From contig JBPKLU010000003.1 in NCBI GenBank assembly GCA_051293815.1, positions 327,426 through 391,425 on the forward strand: DNA of 64,000 bases, written 5' to 3'. Below the pieces are notes generated by a model, which was not told the origin of the DNA, made no database searches, and saw only the letters and a program-made list of their open reading frames with translations. Origin of the DNA: Nitrospiraceae bacterium. Its GTDB lineage: Bacteria; Nitrospirota; Nitrospiria; Nitrospirales; Nitrospiraceae. Made by a program: the position numbers and the translations under genes. Shown here one piece after another: positions 54,279-63,136 of this stretch (within the stretch, counting starts at the first letter, position 1; every line of letters begins with the position of its first letter).

Positions 54279-57200
54279 CCGAGCCGCGTCGATAGAGACC
54301 ACCGCCGAAGCCGCACCGGCTGTGACAACCATGCCATCACGGAACACGACAAAGTGGGACGGGTGGGCCGGCACGCGCGGCCCCGGCAGGATGATGCCGG
54401 CCAGGTTCAACGGATCGGCGGCAGACAGTTTGATCTCCTGACTGGACTCGCCGCTGCCACCGCTCTTTCGCAATGCTCGCAGCGATTCCACCGCTTCCGG
54501 CAAGGCAAACTGCTCGCCAGTGAAGCCGCTGACAAACCGCCCGCCACGCACCTCGCCTCGCAATTCGAGCCGCCGATACTGGACCAACAGATCCCGCCAC
54601 GGGAGACTGAGCGATTCTCGCCCGAGCAGGTCACGAAAGACGATGCCATAGCGATGGAGCAACTGGCGGGCCACCCGTTCGATGATTGGGTCCTGAGTGC
54701 TGAGTGTTGAGTGCTGAAGTATCGGCGCTGACGGCTGATGGCTGATGACTGATACGTCCGAGCCGGCGTTACCCTGCTGGTCGCCGCTCGCTGTTGGCCG
54801 GCTGTCGGGTTCTCGCAGCAGCGCCCACCGTCCAGCCGCGTGGCGCGGCCGTCTCATCCGCTCGCGCCCTTCCGCCCGCCGGCGCCGCGGGTCCAGGAGG
54901 GCTCGCAGGTTGTCGAATCCATCTGCCGTCACCAGTCCGGCCGCAACCAACTCCCACAGGCCGTCCTCGACCTGTGACGGCAAATGTCCGGTGCCCCGGA
55001 CCAGATCGGCAAAGAAACTCGCACCGCGCTCCCGCAGGTGCCTGTAGAGATCCTGTGCCACCGCGCTGAGGCCCGAGGCGTCGTCCGACTGGCGGCATTC
55101 CTCTCCGAACGCCGCCAGCAGCCAGACCGCTTCATCGCGCGGGAACAGGCTGATTGGGGCCACGCTGGTAGGAACGATGCGCTGCCCGCGTCGGCCGGGC
55201 TCTGTTTCCCCTCCATCGGCCAAACGCGGATGTGGCGAGAGTCGTCCCCAACTCACGGCCCCGCTGAGACAGAGCCGATCCAACAGTTCCGGCTCGTACT
55301 TGGCCATCCGGACCCGCAGGATCTGCGATTCCCAGGCCGACGCGGCTGCCTCGAACCCAGCCAGTTGCTCAATGATCTTCAACAAGCCTAGTTCCCCATG
55401 TTGGCGCGAACCCGGCGCCACATGTTGCCATTGCAACAGGAACCGCATGAATTCGGCCGCGGTCACTGGTTCGATCTCTTTCCTGAGACGAGCAATCGTG
55501 AGCCGATGGATGCGGGCCAAGAGGCGACGATGGCACCACTCGACCGGCGCAACCTCAGTTGTGCCGGAGTGCTGAGTAGGGAGTGCTGAGGGCGGAGCTG
55601 GCCGGAATCGCCCGCGGAGGACTTGGCCTTGAGATTCCAATCTGAGCAGCGCACCTGTGACCGCATCGACAGAAAGGTGTAGCCGTCCCGCCAATTCCGC
55701 CGCCGTCGTCGGACCGATGCTTTCCATCCAACCCAAGACGATGGCGTTCAACGCCGCTTCATCACTGTCACCGAACGCGCGTTCGACCGCTGCACGATGC
55801 TCCGTCGCCACCCACCCGCTCACCCCGTGAGGGGCAAAGGAAATGGCGCGGCCTGATTCAACGAGCATCGGCAGATAGTGCGTCCATCCAGGGGCAATGG
55901 GTTCAGGTACCCAGATCAGCGTCAGCAACGCATCGTGCAGTTCGTCGGCGTCGCGGACGACGGGCCAGGCTTCCTCGATCACCTCCGCGATGGCCGCAGG
56001 GTCCAACGCGCCCACCTTCCCGGCCAGGTCCGGCGGCAACGTGCGTCGCATTTCGACCGCGCGGGCGCGCCGTTCTTCCAGCGGCGCATCGTCTAGGTAG
56101 GCGTAGGGATTGGCGTTGAGAATCTCGTGGCTGAAGGGCGAGGGAACCGGCGTGTCGACCGCGACGCAGCGGATCTCGCCCCGCTCGATCCGCTGCAGCA
56201 CCGCGATGAGCCCGTCAAGGTCCATCGCCTCGGTGAGACAATCCCGCACGGTTTCCTTGACCAAGGGATGATCGGGAAGATCCCTCGGCGCATGCGGATC
56301 CCGCATATTGTCCTGGCACGCCAACGCCGCCGGGAACACGGCGGCCAACAGGTCTTCCGCGCGCATCCGTTGGATCTGCGGCGGCACGCGCTTGCCATTG
56401 GCGAACCGGAGCAACGCTAGCGCGCGGGTGGCGTTCCAGCGCCACCGGCTGGCGAACATAGGCGCCGCGAGTATTGCCTGTGTGAGCACCTCGCGCACGG
56501 ATTCCGATCGCACGAAGCCGAAGACGCTCTCCAGAGGAAAACTGTGCCGCTCGCCCAGTGAGATCACGATGCCTTCGTCCGTCGCGGCAGCCTGGAGTTC
56601 AAAATCGAAGGTCACGCAGAAACGCTTGCGGAGCGCCAAGCCCCAGGCGCGGTTGAGACGACTACCGAACGGCGCATGAATGACCAACTGCATCCCACCG
56701 CCCTCGTCGAAAAACCGCTCGGCAATAAGGGTCTTCTGAGTCGGCACCGCGCCGAGAACTTGCCAGCCAGCGAGGATATACGCGACCGCCTGCTCCGCGC
56801 CACGGCGGTCAAGGCCGCATTCTGCTTGAAGCCATGTAAGCAGTGAGGGGTCAGGGGGGGCTCGTAACGGATCCACTGAGAACTGATCGCTGACCGCCGA
56901 AGCATTCAGCCGCCCCGCGATCTCTTGCCGGAGCGACGCGACTTCAGCTGACAGCTCCGCAGTGCGCGACGGGGCCTCGCCTCGCCAGAACGGGATAGTC
57001 GGCGGGGCGCCGTGCGCGTCCTCTACCCGCACCTTGCCCGTCTCCACGCTGCGAATGCGCCAGGAAGAATTCCCCAGCAGGATAATATCGCCGGCAAGGC
57101 TTTCAACCGCGAAGTCCTCATCGACCGAACCGACCACGGTTCCGTCCGGCTCGGCGATCACCGTGTAATTGGCTGTATCCGGAATGGCGCCGCCCGACGT

Positions 57201-58766
57201 GATCGCCGCCAAGCGCGCGCCTCGCCGCGCTTTGATGCGCCGGTTGATCCGGTCGTGGTATAGATAGGCACGGCCGCGGCCCGGGTACCTGTTGCTCTTC
57301 TGCTGCAATGGGTGAATGGCCGGAATTCCATCGGACAACATCCTCAGCACCGCGTCAAAGTCCCGGCGGTCCAGCTCGCGGTACGGATACGCTCGCCGGC
57401 ACAGGGCGAACAGCTCATCCTCGCGCCATTCCTGAGTCGCGGCGGCCGCCACGATCTGCTGGGCCAGAATATCCAACGGTGCAGTTGGCACCTCAAGGCG
57501 ATCCAGCACGCCGTGCCGGATCGCCCGCACCAGCGCGGCGCATTCGATGAGCTCATCCCGGGTCGTCGCAAACAGCCGGCCCTTCGGGACGGCTTTGATC
57601 CAGTGTCCGGACCGGCCGATCCGCTGCAAGGCCGTCGCGATGGCGCGCGGCGAGCCGATCTGGCAGACCAGATCGACAGTGCCCACGTCGATCCCCAGTT
57701 CGAGCGACGCAGTCGCCACCACTACTCGGGTCCGTCCGGTCTTCAACCGTTCCTCGGCGGAAAGCCTGATCTGTCGAGACAAACTGCCGTGATGTGCCGC
57801 CACCACCTGCGCGCCCAGATGTTGCAAGCGCTCTTCCAAGTGGTGCGCCACCCGCTCGGCCAGCCGTCGCGTGTTCACGAAGACCAAGGTGGACCGGTGC
57901 TGGTGCACTAGTTCGGCCACCCGATCGTAAACATCGCGCCAGATCGAGTTGGTGGCCACGGCGCCTAACTCATCCTGGGGAACCTCGACCGCCACGTCCA
58001 TATCGCGCCGGTGGCCGACGTCGACGACGATCACGTCGCTCGTCGTGTGTCTCTCGTCCTTCGTACCTTCCGGGACGAGAGACCGTTCACGCTCCACAAG
58101 GGAGACGGCTCTCGCCCCCACCAGAAACCTCGCCACCGTCTCGATCGGATGCTGAGTCGCCGACAGCCCGATGCGGACAGGCGGCGAAGCGGTCAGAGCC
58201 TCGAGCCGCTCGAGCGACAGGGCCAGATGGGCGCCGCGCTTGTTCGGCGCGAGGGCGTGAATTTCATCGACGATCACCGTCCGCACATCGCGCAGCATGG
58301 GTCGACTCTTTTCAGCGGTCAGCAACAGATAGAGCGATTCCGGTGTCGTGATCAAAATATGGGGCGGACGGCTGAGCATCCGCTGCCGGTCCCGAGTTGG
58401 TGTATCGCCAGTCCTGACCAGCACGCGGATCTCCGGCACGAGCAAGCCGGCCGCCAGTGCAGCCTGCCTGATCTCGGCCAGCGGCTGCTGCAGATTCTTC
58501 TGGACATCGTTGCTCAGCGCTTTGAGCGGCGAGACATACAGCACCTGCGTGCGGTCGTCCAACTCGCAGGTGAGCGCCTGCTTGAAGAGCACGTCGATGC
58601 AGGAAAGAAAGGCGGCCAGGGTCTTGCCTGATCCGGTCGGCGCGGCGATCAGGACGTTTGACCTGGAAGCAATCGCTAGCCAACTGCGTGCCTGAACGTC
58701 GGTCGGTTCACCGAACCGAGCCCTAAACCAGTCGGCAATAACGGGATGGAAGCGGGAGAGCGGCAT
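54264..58766 (-). CDS. lhr: large ATP-dependent helicase Lhr (DEAD/DEAH + DEAD-associated C-terminal region)
   Basis: About 1500 aa. FHPVIADWFRARFGEPTDVQ, AAPTGSGKT, VIVDEIHAL, and a long Lhr-type C-terminal extension. Start at ATG 58766 (the track starts at 58805). Confidence 0.9.
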   Translation of the reverse strand: MPLSRFHPVIADWFRARFGEPTDVQARSWLAIASRSNVLIAAPTGSGKTLAAFLSCIDVLFKQALTCELDDRTQVLYVSPLKALSNDVQKNLQQPLAEIRQAALAAGLLVPEIRVLVRTGDTPTRDRQRMLSRPPHILITTPESLYLLLTAEKSRPMLRDVRTVIVDEIHALAPNKRGAHLALSLERLEALTASPPVRIGLSATQHPIETVARFLVGARAVSLVERERSLVPEGTKDERHTTSDVIVVDVGHRRDMDVAVEVPQDELGAVATNSIWRDVYDRVAELVHQHRSTLVFVNTRRLAERVAHHLEERLQHLGAQVVAAHHGSLSRQIRLSAEERLKTGRTRVVVATASLELGIDVGTVDLVCQIGSPRAIATALQRIGRSGHWIKAVPKGRLFATTRDELIECAALVRAIRHGVLDRLEVPTAPLDILAQQIVAAAATQEWREDELFALCRRAYPYRELDRRDFDAVLRMLSDGIPAIHPLQQKSNRYPGRGRAYLYHDRINRRIKARRGARLAAITSGGAIPDTANYTVIAEPDGTVVGSVDEDFAVESLAGDIILLGNSSWRIRSVETGKVRVEDAHGAPPTIPFWRGEAPSRTAELSAEVASLRQEIAGRLNASAVSDQFSVDPLRAPPDPSLLTWLQAECGLDRRGAEQAVAYILAGWQVLGAVPTQKTLIAERFFDEGGGMQLVIHAPFGSRLNRAWGLALRKRFCVTFDFELQAAATDEGIVISLGERHSFPLESVFGFVRSESVREVLTQAILAAPMFASRWRWNATRALALLRFANGKRVPPQIQRMRAEDLLAAVFPAALACQDNMRDPHAPRDLPDHPLVKETVRDCLTEAMDLDGLIAVLQRIERGEIRCVAVDTPVPSPFSHEILNANPYAYLDDAPLEERRARAVEMRRTLPPDLAGKVGALDPAAIAEVIEEAWPVVRDADELHDALLTLIWVPEPIAPGWTHYLPMLVESGRAISFAPHGVSGWVATEHRAAVERAFGDSDEAALNAIVLGWMESIGPTTAAELAGRLHLSVDAVTGALLRLESQGQVLRGRFRPAPPSALPTQHSGTTEVAPVEWCHRRLLARIHRLTIARLRKEIEPVTAAEFMRFLLQWQHVAPGSRQHGELGLLKIIEQLAGFEAAASAWESQILRVRMAKYEPELLDRLCLSGAVSWGRLSPHPRLADGGETEPGRRGQRIVPTSVAPISLFPRDEAVWLLAAFGEECRQSDDASGLSAVAQDLYRHLRERGASFFADLVRGTGHLPSQVEDGLWELVAAGLVTADGFDNLRALLDPRRRRAEGRERMRRPRHAAGRWALLREPDSRPTASGDQQGNAGSDVSVISHQPSAPILQHSTLSTQDPIIERVARQLLHRYGIVFRDLLGRESLSLPWRDLLVQYRRLELRGEVRGGRFVSGFTGEQFALPEAVESLRALRKSGGSGESSQEIKLSAADPLNLAGIILPGPRVPAHPSHFVVFRDGMVVTAGAASAVVSIDAARSLKR
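54694..54754. repeat. in-frame heptanucleotide repeat block inside lhr
   Basis: TGAGTGC TGAGTGT TGAGTGC TGAAGTA (54694-54721), 5 nt, then GCTGACG GCTGATG GCTGATG ACTGATA (54727-54754). It encodes VISHQPSAPILQHSTLSTQ on the minus strand. Confidence 0.8.
55566..55590. repeat. second copy pair of the GAGTGCTGAG motif inside lhr
   Basis: GGAGTGCTGAG at 55566-55576 and 55580-55590, 14 bp (2 x 7) apart. It encodes ...PPSALPTQHSGTT. Confidence 0.7.
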
Positions 58767-58853
58767 GTGTCCGGATGTTACCATGCGAAACACACGGCAC
58801 TCCACCTGAGCCGTCCGGCTCGGTTTTTACCAACGTTGTTGCTGAAGGTCAGA

Positions 58854-59273
58854 TCAGGATGCTGAAGACGGAGGGCCCGATTCGCTGACTGTCAGGACCC
58901 CGCGCATGATCGGATGCAGCTTGCAGTAGTATCCGTAATTTCCAGGTGGCAACCCGGGCAGCTCATAGCTGCCGTCTGGCGGAACAACGCCGGAATCGAA
59001 CAGACAAGGTCCACCTGTCTCGCAACTCTCGTGGGTGATCGTGTGATGGGTACCGGTCATGTTATACCATCTGACCGGTGCGTGCGCGGACACTGTCGCG
59101 GCCTTCGGAAGGAAGTACGGTGCCCCTCCATCGATCGTGATGGAATACGGAGCGGAGGGAGCGGCCACCACCGCCGCCGCGGCCAGCAGCCACACCCCCG
59201 CGCCGACGCAAGCAAAAGGAAATGCAAACGGCGTTCCGGCGAGATTCTTGTTCTCAGGCGGCCTTCTTGACAT
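58854..59273 (-). CDS. amicyanin/pseudoazurin-like type-1 copper protein (cupredoxin), membrane-anchored or secreted
   Basis: N-terminal hydrophobic segment, a His ligand region GTHHTITHE, and C-terminal YYCKLHPIMRGVLTV (C-x2-H-x2-M as in amicyanin). Start at ATG 59273. Confidence 0.8.
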   Translation of the reverse strand: MSRRPPENKNLAGTPFAFPFACVGAGVWLLAAAAVVAAPSAPYSITIDGGAPYFLPKAATVSAHAPVRWYNMTGTHHTITHESCETGGPCLFDSGVVPPDGSYELPGLPPGNYGYYCKLHPIMRGVLTVSESGPPSSAS

Positions 59274-59433
59274 GAGTACCCGTTTCAGCCTCCCCCGCCT
59301 TGCCGAAGAACTGCTCCCACATCCTGCGGACAAAAGCCCCAAACGCCATAATAAGCAAAAGCCACATCAATCCTTCCATCCAGTTGGTATTGAAGATCGA
59401 CATGGCCTTGTCCAAAATTGAAAGGAAATCCAT
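59254..59433 (-). CDS. small single-TM membrane protein (59 aa, below the track cutoff), overlapping the cupredoxin start
   Basis: Manual translation gives MDFLSILDKAMSIFNTNWMEGLMWLLLIMAFGAFVRRMWEQFFGKAGEAETGTHVKKAA. A GGAGGAGG RBS lies 7 nt upstream. Its stop lies 20 nt inside the cupredoxin ORF. Confidence 0.5.
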   Translation of the reverse strand: MDFLSILDKAMSIFNTNWMEGLMWLLLIMAFGAFVRRMWEQFFGKAGEAETGTHVKKAA

Positions 59434-59602
59434 AGAGCACCTCCTCCCATACGAGGTTATGGCGGTCGCTGGGACGCTAGATAATCACAGTTCTCGAACA
59501 GTAAAGAGACGGCGATCCACCGGATAAAAACGGCCGCCAGTCCAATGACTTCTGGTTGCCGGGCTGAAAAACAGGCCCGAGGTCGGAGGCAAGGAGTGGA
59601 AT

Positions 59603-61111
59603 CTAGAAGCGCAGCAGCACGATGACGCTCAGACAGACGAAGAGGTTGTTGGCCGCATGGGCGATCATCCCTGGCAGCAGGCTGCCGGTCTTTTCATAGG
59701 CCCAGGCCCACACCACGCCGCTCCAAAATACGCTCAGAAATCCGACCAGCCCGTAGCCATGCGCAACGGCGAAGAGGCCCGCGCTGATGAGGGCCGACCG
59801 TTCCCAACTGTAGCGCCGCCGTAAGATCGCGAAGAGCAGGCCGCGAAAGGCAAGCTCCTCGAAGACGGGCGCAAAGATCACGTATTCCAGCAGGCTGATG
59901 CTCATGACTGACGGAGGCGCCCAGACCAAGTCGGCATCGAACCACTCCGTCCAATGACTGGAGAGACTGAACGGTTCGATCACCTTGCCCAACACCCATT
60001 CGCCCAGCAAGCCCGCCGCCATAATGGCCGGAACGACTGTCACGAATCGAGGCAGGTACCGTCGAGCAGGTTTCAAGCCAAAGCCTTCGGCGAACCCCAG
60101 TCCGGCCGGTTTCAGCAGGTGCCGGCGGGCCAGCAGCAGCAACGGAAGATGTGTCAGCGGGATGGCCAACACCCGAAGCGAAGAGTAATCGATCGCGGCG
60201 AATAGAAAGGCGACCGTGAGCACCGCACCGATCGCGCCACCGCGCAACAAGACCGCCACCCCCACCCCGCCTGGCCACTGTGGTGGCAGCGAAGCCGATC
60301 CCACCCGCAACGCATCTGTCCCACGCCGACGACACCAAGCCGAGACCAACACCGTGCCGCCGACCAGCATGACAGCCAACTCCGCAGCCGCCAGCGCACG
60401 CGAGCGCCGCAACAGCGCCTCCGCCCGCTCTGTCGAGGCCGCCTCCACCGACGCGAGCAGAGCATGATCGCCAGTCTGCCTCGCAAGCCTCATCGCCAGC
60501 CGATCGTAGAACCATCCAGCCGGCAGTGCCTCCGCCAGCTCCGCCTGCAGACGCTGTCCTTCCGCGAGGTCGATCCGTTCATGCAGATAGGCGGCACGCA
60601 ACAGGCGTGCGAAGAGCGGGAACGGCGCCTCTTCTGCTGCCCAGACATTGGCTTTGCTTGTCACCTCGGAGAGCCGACCTGATTCCGCCTCCAGGACGGC
60701 CAAGTTCAGATGGACCGTCGGGTCCTCCGAGTAGGATGACAGCTCTTCATACCAGGCGATCGCCTGGTCGCGCTCATTGGCGTCGCTGCCGACGGCGATT
60801 TCGTAGAAGACGCGCTCCCACTCCGGTGCCCGAAACAAGGCTTCCTCAACGTCCATCATCCGGCCCACCATCAGATGAAGCGCGCGTTCAGGTGAGGCCA
60901 CGCGGTCCAAGCGGGGCAGCGAGAGCATGAACCACGCGAACAGGCCGATCGACGCGCACAGCACGATCGCCGAAAGGACCGTCACCACGCGCGAGAAACG
61001 AGGATCGTAGGGAAGAGGGGCCGGAGACGAGTCGCCTGTAACCGCAGTGCCCGTATCGGTAAGGGAAGAATCAGGACGCACAATGGTCTCACGTGCGAGG
61101 TAGTATACCAT
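59603..61111 (-). CDS. CPBP (CAAX) family intramembrane metalloprotease with a long N-terminal domain
   Basis: C-terminal FAPVFEELAFRGLLF...FAVAHGY...MIAHAANN are the CPBP motifs. The start is uncertain (ATG 61111 chosen; the track ORF extends to 61417). Confidence 0.7.
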   Translation of the reverse strand: MVYYLARETIVRPDSSLTDTGTAVTGDSSPAPLPYDPRFSRVVTVLSAIVLCASIGLFAWFMLSLPRLDRVASPERALHLMVGRMMDVEEALFRAPEWERVFYEIAVGSDANERDQAIAWYEELSSYSEDPTVHLNLAVLEAESGRLSEVTSKANVWAAEEAPFPLFARLLRAAYLHERIDLAEGQRLQAELAEALPAGWFYDRLAMRLARQTGDHALLASVEAASTERAEALLRRSRALAAAELAVMLVGGTVLVSAWCRRRGTDALRVGSASLPPQWPGGVGVAVLLRGGAIGAVLTVAFLFAAIDYSSLRVLAIPLTHLPLLLLARRHLLKPAGLGFAEGFGLKPARRYLPRFVTVVPAIMAAGLLGEWVLGKVIEPFSLSSHWTEWFDADLVWAPPSVMSISLLEYVIFAPVFEELAFRGLLFAILRRRYSWERSALISAGLFAVAHGYGLVGFLSVFWSGVVWAWAYEKTGSLLPGMIAHAANNLFVCLSVIVLLRF

Positions 61112-61322
61112 GCGCTCTGAGAGCCAGAAAACGCAAGCGCCTCTGCAGTGGCGGAACCCCTCGCAAGCCTTCTCTTGGTGAAGTCGGCGCAACCGCACCG
61201 CTCTTGGCGGAGCGATCCGGAGTTGGTTATACTGCATTTTCCCTGCGCCCCTCTCGATGCAGAGAGGGGGGCTCCGTCTGCCGGAGCAATCGTCTGTTTG
61301 GCCGTTTGGGGACATCCAGGTC

Positions 61323-62543
61323 ATGACTCCTGAGCCCATAGGCGAGTTTGTGCCGCCGCCGCGGTTGCTTCTGGGACCCGGTCCAAGCATGGTCCATCCG
61401 CGCGTGCTGTGTGCCATGTCGGCGCCGCTGCTAGGTCATTTAGACCCAGCATTCCTGGCGCTCATGAACGATATCCAGCGTCTCCTCCGGTACGTATTCC
61501 GCACTGCCAATCCCTTCACGATTGCCATTTCCGGCACGGGTTCGGCCGGCATGGAGGCCGCGCTCGTCAACCTGGTCGAGCCGGGAGAGACGGTCGTCGT
61601 CGGGGTCAACGGTGTCTTCGGCGCGCGCATGGCGACGATGGTGGAGCGAGTTGGCGGCAAGGCGATCAGGATCGAGGCGCCATGGGGACGCATCATCGAG
61701 CCCGACGATGTCCGTACCGCACTCGCCAGATCGGGACCGGTGAAAGCTGTCGCGCTCGTCCACGCTGAAACGTCCACCGGCGTGTGGCAACCGCTCGAAG
61801 AGATCGGGCGGCTCTGCCGCGAGTATGATGCGTTGTTCATCGTCGATGCCGTGACGTCGTTGGGCGGCCTTCCCCTCGAAGTCGACGCCTGGAACATCGA
61901 CCTGTGTTACAGTGGCACGCAGAAGTGTCTGAGTTGTCCGCCCGGCTTAGCCCCGCTGACAGCGAGCGAACGAGCCCTTGACGCGATCCGCCGGCGACGA
62001 ACGCCGTGCCGGAGTTGGTACCTAGACTTGGCGTTGGTGGCGGAGTACTGGGCCGAACACACAAGAGCCTATCACCACACGGCGCCGATCTCGATGCTCT
62101 ACGCCTTGCGCGAAGCCTTGCGCCTGGTCCAGGAAGAAGGGCTGGCAGCGCGATTCGAACGGCACCGGGTGAACAGCACGGCGCTGCTGGCCGGCCTCGC
62201 CGAACTCTCGTTGACCCCGCTGGCGGCGGAAGGCCAGCGCCTGCCCACCTTGAACTGCGTCACGCTCCCGCCGCACCTCGACGACGCTGCGGCGCGGGCG
62301 GCGCTCCTGCGCGAATACGGCATCGAGATCGGCGGTGGCCTCGGCCCGCTCAAGGGTGCGGTCTGGCGCATCGGCCTGATGGGTGAATCATCCACGCGCC
62401 ATCACGTAGAGACGCTGCTCAACGCGGTGGAGAAGATCGTGGCACGCTTCGACCGGCTTTCGCGACCGGGAGCGGCGTTGCAGGCGGCCTCTCGCGTGTA
62501 CAGTGCAGCTTCTCCCTCGTCACCAAGGAGGATCGAAGCATGA
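61323..62543 (+). CDS. class-V pyridoxal-phosphate aminotransferase (serine-glyoxylate / alanine-glyoxylate type)
   Basis: LLLGPGPSMVHPRVLCAM...HAETSTGV...YSGTQKCLSCPPGLAP (PLP lysine context). Start at ATG 61323. Confidence 0.85.
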   Translation: MTPEPIGEFVPPPRLLLGPGPSMVHPRVLCAMSAPLLGHLDPAFLALMNDIQRLLRYVFRTANPFTIAISGTGSAGMEAALVNLVEPGETVVVGVNGVFGARMATMVERVGGKAIRIEAPWGRIIEPDDVRTALARSGPVKAVALVHAETSTGVWQPLEEIGRLCREYDALFIVDAVTSLGGLPLEVDAWNIDLCYSGTQKCLSCPPGLAPLTASERALDAIRRRRTPCRSWYLDLALVAEYWAEHTRAYHHTAPISMLYALREALRLVQEEGLAARFERHRVNSTALLAGLAELSLTPLAAEGQRLPTLNCVTLPPHLDDAAARAALLREYGIEIGGGLGPLKGAVWRIGLMGESSTRHHVETLLNAVEKIVARFDRLSRPGAALQAASRVYSAASPSSPRRIEA

Positions 62544-63136
62544 GTCGGCCAGCCGCATGGATTCTCGCCGGCGCCGCGTTCGCATTCGTCGCCGTCGTGA
62601 CCTATTGGACGATCGCCCTGGTCGTCGCAGAAGCCAGAAAACCCGACATGGTTCCGCCAGAGAAAGTCGTCGAGTACCTCCACGCCGTCATCGAAGCCAA
62701 CCGGACGACTTACACCAAGAACGTCGTGGAGAAGTTGCAGAAGCAGGGCGTCGTGGAAGCGGTGGAACATTGGAAGGACGAAAAGGGTCTTCCCTTACCC
62801 GCCCAATTCTTGATGGAGTCGGGTCGCCTGCTGTCCGAAAAAGGGCACAAGCTCAGCTATCGGCTGGCCAGCCTGACCCCCATTTACGTCTGGAACGGAC
62901 CGACCAGCGACTTCGAACGCCGAGGCCTGGAGGCCGTGATGAAAGAGCCGGACAAGCCGTTCATGGGATTCGTCAGGATTGGCAACGCCCGCTATTTCCA
63001 AGGAGTGTACGCGGACAGAGCGATCGCCCCAACCTGCATCACCTGTCACAACACCCACCCCAACAGCCCGCGCCGCGACTACAAGCTAAACGACGTCATG
63101 GGCGGGATCGTGATCACGATTCCGATCAGCGAGTGA
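62540..63136 (+). CDS. DUF3365 / Tll0287-like protein with a c-type heme-binding motif
   Basis: N-terminal TM anchor, ...LPLPAQFLMESG..., and CITCH (CxxCH) followed by NDVMGGIVITIPI, typical of DUF3365. Confidence 0.7.
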   Translation: MSRPAAWILAGAAFAFVAVVTYWTIALVVAEARKPDMVPPEKVVEYLHAVIEANRTTYTKNVVEKLQKQGVVEAVEHWKDEKGLPLPAQFLMESGRLLSEKGHKLSYRLASLTPIYVWNGPTSDFERRGLEAVMKEPDKPFMGFVRIGNARYFQGVYADRAIAPTCITCHNTHPNSPRRDYKLNDVMGGIVITIPISE

